A DNA stretch of 64,000 nucleotides, from NCBI GenBank assembly GCA_040220235.1, contig JAVJTO010000047.1. One strand, 5' to 3'. The translations under genes and the position numbers were made by a program. The stretch comes from Coleofasciculus sp. B1-GNL1-01 (GTDB lineage: Bacteria > Cyanobacteriota > Cyanobacteriia > Cyanobacteriales > Coleofasciculaceae). This document shows, piece after piece, positions 60,525-64,000 of the stretch. The notes beneath the pieces are model-generated. The model was not told where the DNA came from. It was given only the letters and a program-made list of their open reading frames with translations, and ran no database searches. Within the stretch, counting starts at the first letter, position 1, and the number at the start of each line of letters is the position of its first letter.

Positions 60525-62174
60525 TTATTTACTATTCCCTGGTTCTTTCCAAAAAACAATGGAATCACTTAAGGGTTGAACTTGGGTTCCCGGATAGTAA
60601 AATGTGAGAATGTCCTCCCCTGACCAACCGAGATTCGCTAAGTTATAGGAACCATATTGGCTCAAACCAACGCCATGTCCAAAGCCGCCGCCCACATAAG
60701 CATAGCCTTTGAGGGTTTTATCCTCTTTATTGCCACCGTAAAGTGGTTCAAGGTAAAAGAGGGTACTGCGAGGGGGATAAAAGGCGCTACGGATTTCATT
60801 TTTCTGGAGTTCAACCACACCCTTATCTGTTTGCACATCCAGTTTGATGATACGTCCGGCGGGCGATCGCTTGACAACTTGCATCTGTTGTATGGTGGTA
60901 AACTCAGCGAGCGGATGTTTGATTTTTTCCAAATAGCGCCGCAAATCTTTCTGAATTTGTTCCAGGGAGTTTTCTACCCGCCACCGGAAGGGAGATCTGC
61001 CACTTTCGTTGAACCCTTCTTTCAAGTTAATGAATTCGCGGAAGTTTTGCTCATTTCCTAAAGGCTTCTCAGATAAATCCCAAATCGGCTGGGGCGAGTC
61101 AATCACGGCTTTTAAATACGGACGTTCTGACCCGTTCCAGGAATCACCAAAGGGGGCGGTGACACCGCCAGAGGTGGAGGAATATAAGGCGTCTACGAGC
61201 TGATTATTATAAGTTAAAACTAGCCCCTGAGTTTTCGCGATCGCGCGATCCGCCGTGGGAACGGTTCCTGTGAGTCCGCGATAGACTTGACAATGGGTAT
61301 TTGCACAGAGTTGGTAATTGTCTGCTGTAAATCGACGCAGATTGCGGAGGGCGTAGGTGCGAGCAATAATGGTTTGTGCTTCTACGGCTGCATAGGGTGC
61401 CCCTGGTCCAATTTCATGGGGGACAACACCACGCAGATAGGTTTCTAAGGGAACGTCATTCACCAGGGTGTAAGTCCCGTAAGCATTGGGCTGGATTTTC
61501 AGACTTCCTGCATACAGACGCGGGTTGCGCTTATCTTCACCGCGAATCACCTGGATTAAATCATTCTCCGAGTCAATCTCTATCCATTGGCGATTATACC
61601 GATAGCCATCCACCACAAATGACACTCGCGGTACTTGGGGTAGAACTTGACTTTCTAGTCTGACTGTGCTATGCCCTTGAGCTTGGAGACTTTGCAGCAA
61701 CAGGCGTCGCAGCAGGGGCGTCTGATAGACATCGCGTTTTGCCCAAACTTGCCAGCGTTCCGGCTGCGCCACTTCCACCTGAATCCCCCGTGAACGCCAC
61801 TGATTTGCCGCATCTTCGGCGGTTTCAAAGGTGGCGTGATCGCTGAGGACTAAATATTCAGCTAAAACGGGTTGGGATAAGGGTTGCGTCGCCACTTCCA
61901 GCGTCACCTGATCGGTTTCCAGGGTTTGGGGTTGCATATCCCCTGCCAAAAACCGCAAACTCAAGCTATCCCCAGGTGTCGCTTTTAGGGTCAGTTCGTC
62001 GGTGGGTTCTGAGCCAAAACGCTGCACCACACCCACTTTCAGATTTACATCCTCCGCTTGAGCTGGCTTACTTCCAGAGAGTCCCCAAAAACATAACGCG
62101 ATCGCGCAGGCTTTCAGGACAGTGGGGATTGATGATTTGTGATTGGGGATTAGGGAAGAGTTTTTCGTCTGCAT
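60525..62174 (-). CDS. SpoIID/LytB domain protein
   Basis: LETYLRGVVPHEI, AQTIIARTYA, CQVYRG, GFGHGVGLSQYG. Confidence 0.92.
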   Translation of the reverse strand: MQTKNSSLIPNHKSSIPTVLKACAIALCFWGLSGSKPAQAEDVNLKVGVVQRFGSEPTDELTLKATPGDSLSLRFLAGDMQPQTLETDQVTLEVATQPLSQPVLAEYLVLSDHATFETAEDAANQWRSRGIQVEVAQPERWQVWAKRDVYQTPLLRRLLLQSLQAQGHSTVRLESQVLPQVPRVSFVVDGYRYNRQWIEIDSENDLIQVIRGEDKRNPRLYAGSLKIQPNAYGTYTLVNDVPLETYLRGVVPHEIGPGAPYAAVEAQTIIARTYALRNLRRFTADNYQLCANTHCQVYRGLTGTVPTADRAIAKTQGLVLTYNNQLVDALYSSTSGGVTAPFGDSWNGSERPYLKAVIDSPQPIWDLSEKPLGNEQNFREFINLKEGFNESGRSPFRWRVENSLEQIQKDLRRYLEKIKHPLAEFTTIQQMQVVKRSPAGRIIKLDVQTDKGVVELQKNEIRSAFYPPRSTLFYLEPLYGGNKEDKTLKGYAYVGGGFGHGVGLSQYGSYNLANLGWSGEDILTFYYPGTQVQPLSDSIVFWKEPGNSK

Positions 62175-62249
62175 GATACCAAGTTACATGTTGTAGGTTG
62201 GGTTGAGGGACGAAACCCAACTTATTATTTCAGCGTTGACACATTAGTC

Positions 62250-62310
62250 AGGGCGGGTTTAGTTACGTCTTGGTGCTGTCATAAACGATAGTAGTGAAAC
62301 CCGCCCCTAC
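62250..62310. repeat. GTAG REP-like palindrome (same subfamily as 7787, 23214, 39646, 54978)
   Basis: AGGGCGGGTTT...AAACCCGCCCCTAC with a related internal sequence. Confidence 0.8.
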
Positions 62311-62337
62311 ATACTCAACACTCAACACTCAAATTAA

Positions 62338-64000
62338 TCAAGCCTCACTACCACTAAACAGGACTTCACCCTGAATCATCCGCTGAGCTGCATCGAGCAG
62401 CACTTCTTCCAGATAAGGTTTGGTAAAGTAACCACTCGCGCCCAGTTGGGCTGCCATTTGCCGATGTCGTTTCGCCCCACGAGAGGTGAGCATGGCAATG
62501 GGTAACTGGCTGAGATTCTCATCTTTCTGGAGTCGAGAGAGGAGTTCTAATCCATCCATTCTCGGCATTTCGATATCGCAGAATACAATATCACAGGGTA
62601 AGCCTGACCGAAGTTTATCCCAGGCTTCTTGACCATCGCGGGATTGTTCCACCCGATAGCCCGCTTTGGCAAAGGTCATTGACAGGAGTTCACGAACTGT
62701 AATTGAGTCATCCACAATCAAAACGAGTGGCTCATGGGGAGTTTCTGGGGCTTGCTCAATTCCTGCACCTTCGCTGTCCCCTCTCGACCAAATCGTCACA
62801 CTGTCTTTCCGCAGGCGTCCGCTGGCGAGGTCAATCAGTTCTAACACATCGGCAATGGGCATGATTCGACCATCTCCTAAGACTGTTGCCCCAGCAATAC
62901 CAATGGGTTTAGGCGGAGGACCTTCGAGTTGTTTAATCACGATTTCCTGTTCACCTAAGACCTGATCCACTTCGATGGCGATGAATGTTCCAGAACTGCG
63001 TAGCACAACAATTGAGACGAGGTCGTCTTCTCGCTTACCCCCATAAACATTACCCCGACTAATTGAACGGTTGTAAGAGAGCAATTCACTCAGGGGTTGC
63101 ACCGAGACTAACGTGTCCCGCCAGGAGACACCGACTTGACCGTTGGCATCTTTTTGTAAGCGATCTTGAGGCACATCAAACATATCTTCCACCCCATCCA
63201 TGGGAAAGGCAATGCGAGCGCGATCGCTCAAACAGCATAGGGCTTTACAAATACTCAGGGTTAAGGGTAGCCGAATGGTAAAGGTTGTGCCTTTTCCTAA
63301 CGCCGAATCAATGTAGATTGCGCCCCGAATTTCGCTCAAACTGGTGCGGACAACATCCATCCCCACACCGCGTCCGGCGAATTCACTGGCTTCGTCTTTG
63401 GTACTAAAACCGGGGTGGAACAGAAAGTCATACAACTCTGTATTGGTTAGGTCTTTCGCCTCGCCTGGGGTGATCAGTTTCTTCTCAATTGCTTTTCGTT
63501 TAATCCGTTCGGGGTCAATACCCGCGCCATCGTCGGAAATGGCAATCACCGTTTGGTTCCCTTGGTGGAACGCTCGCAGACTAATTTGACCCACAGCAGG
63601 TTTACCCATATCTTGCCGTTCGTCTGGGGATTCAATGCCATGGGTAATGGCATTATTGACCAAGTGGGTTAAGGGATCATAAAGGTGTTCTAGGATCATT
63701 TTGTCGAGCAAGGTTTCTCGACCATCCACTTGCAGTTGGGCTTCCTTGCTTAACTTGATAGAAATTTCCCGCACCGGACGAGTCAAACGGTCAGCAGCAT
63801 TGGCAAACGGAACCATGCGCGATCGCGTCAGTCCTTCTTGGAGTTGAGTGGTCACCTGTCGTAAGTTGCGAGCCACCTGATCGGTTTCATCCACCAAGAA
63901 TTCCACGTCAGACGCCGATTCCCGCACTTGCACAATTAACTCGATCATCTCTTGGGAGAGTAAATGGAAGCCAGTAAAGCGATCCATTTCCAAGGGATGA
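62338..64000 (-). CDS. C-terminal part of a CheA-like hybrid kinase (HATPase-CheW-REC), taxis/pili system
   Basis: HLVNNAITHGIE, GRGVGMDVV, CheW-like GEQEIVIKQL, REC VDDS...DIEMPRMDG; open at window end. Confidence 0.92.
   Translation of the reverse strand, partial: HPLEMDRFTGFHLLSQEMIELIVQVRESASDVEFLVDETDQVARNLRQVTTQLQEGLTRSRMVPFANAADRLTRPVREISIKLSKEAQLQVDGRETLLDKMILEHLYDPLTHLVNNAITHGIESPDERQDMGKPAVGQISLRAFHQGNQTVIAISDDGAGIDPERIKRKAIEKKLITPGEAKDLTNTELYDFLFHPGFSTKDEASEFAGRGVGMDVVRTSLSEIRGAIYIDSALGKGTTFTIRLPLTLSICKALCCLSDRARIAFPMDGVEDMFDVPQDRLQKDANGQVGVSWRDTLVSVQPLSELLSYNRSISRGNVYGGKREDDLVSIVVLRSSGTFIAIEVDQVLGEQEIVIKQLEGPPPKPIGIAGATVLGDGRIMPIADVLELIDLASGRLRKDSVTIWSRGDSEGAGIEQAPETPHEPLVLIVDDSITVRELLSMTFAKAGYRVEQSRDGQEAWDKLRSGLPCDIVFCDIEMPRMDGLELLSRLQKDENLSQLPIAMLTSRGAKRHRQMAAQLGASGYFTKPYLEEVLLDAAQRMIQGEVLFSGSEA

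Noticed and set aside
1..64000. High frequency of GCGATCGC as a novel repeat
   Set aside because: This is the well-known cyanobacterial HIP1 octamer

Overview
Chromosomal window from a cyanobacterium. The HIP1 octamer GCGATCGC is abundant, and cyanobacteria-typical genes are present (plmA, fused panC-cmk, homogentisate phytyltransferase, CBS-CP12). The dense intergenic repeats suggest a filamentous, large-genome Oscillatoriales/Coleofasciculus-like organism (inference). Housekeeping genes (prfC, purM, rlpA, panC-cmk, der, ecfT, ppgK, an S1 paralog, SpoIID, a partial CheA-like kinase) are interleaved with accessory material: an apparently intact IscB element with its omega/HEARO RNA (about 41.9-43.5 kb), a GmrSD island with toxin-antitoxin debris, an ABC-ATPase + DUF4276 pair, orphan PD-(D/E)XK/PIN/DUF559 nucleases, and many GTAG-type REP-like palindromes and MITEs. 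The least explained region is about 45.5-54.7 kb. It holds a TPR-CHAT protease with a triplicated 146-bp upstream region and recently expanded mosaic TPR repeats, next to a MITE-bracketed HTH/DUF1822 cassette and a sigma-70-like gene. This is a candidate protease/anti-sigma/sigma signalling module (hypothesis only). No tRNA, rRNA or true CRISPR array was recognised. All calls come from motif reading by eye; no database searches were run.
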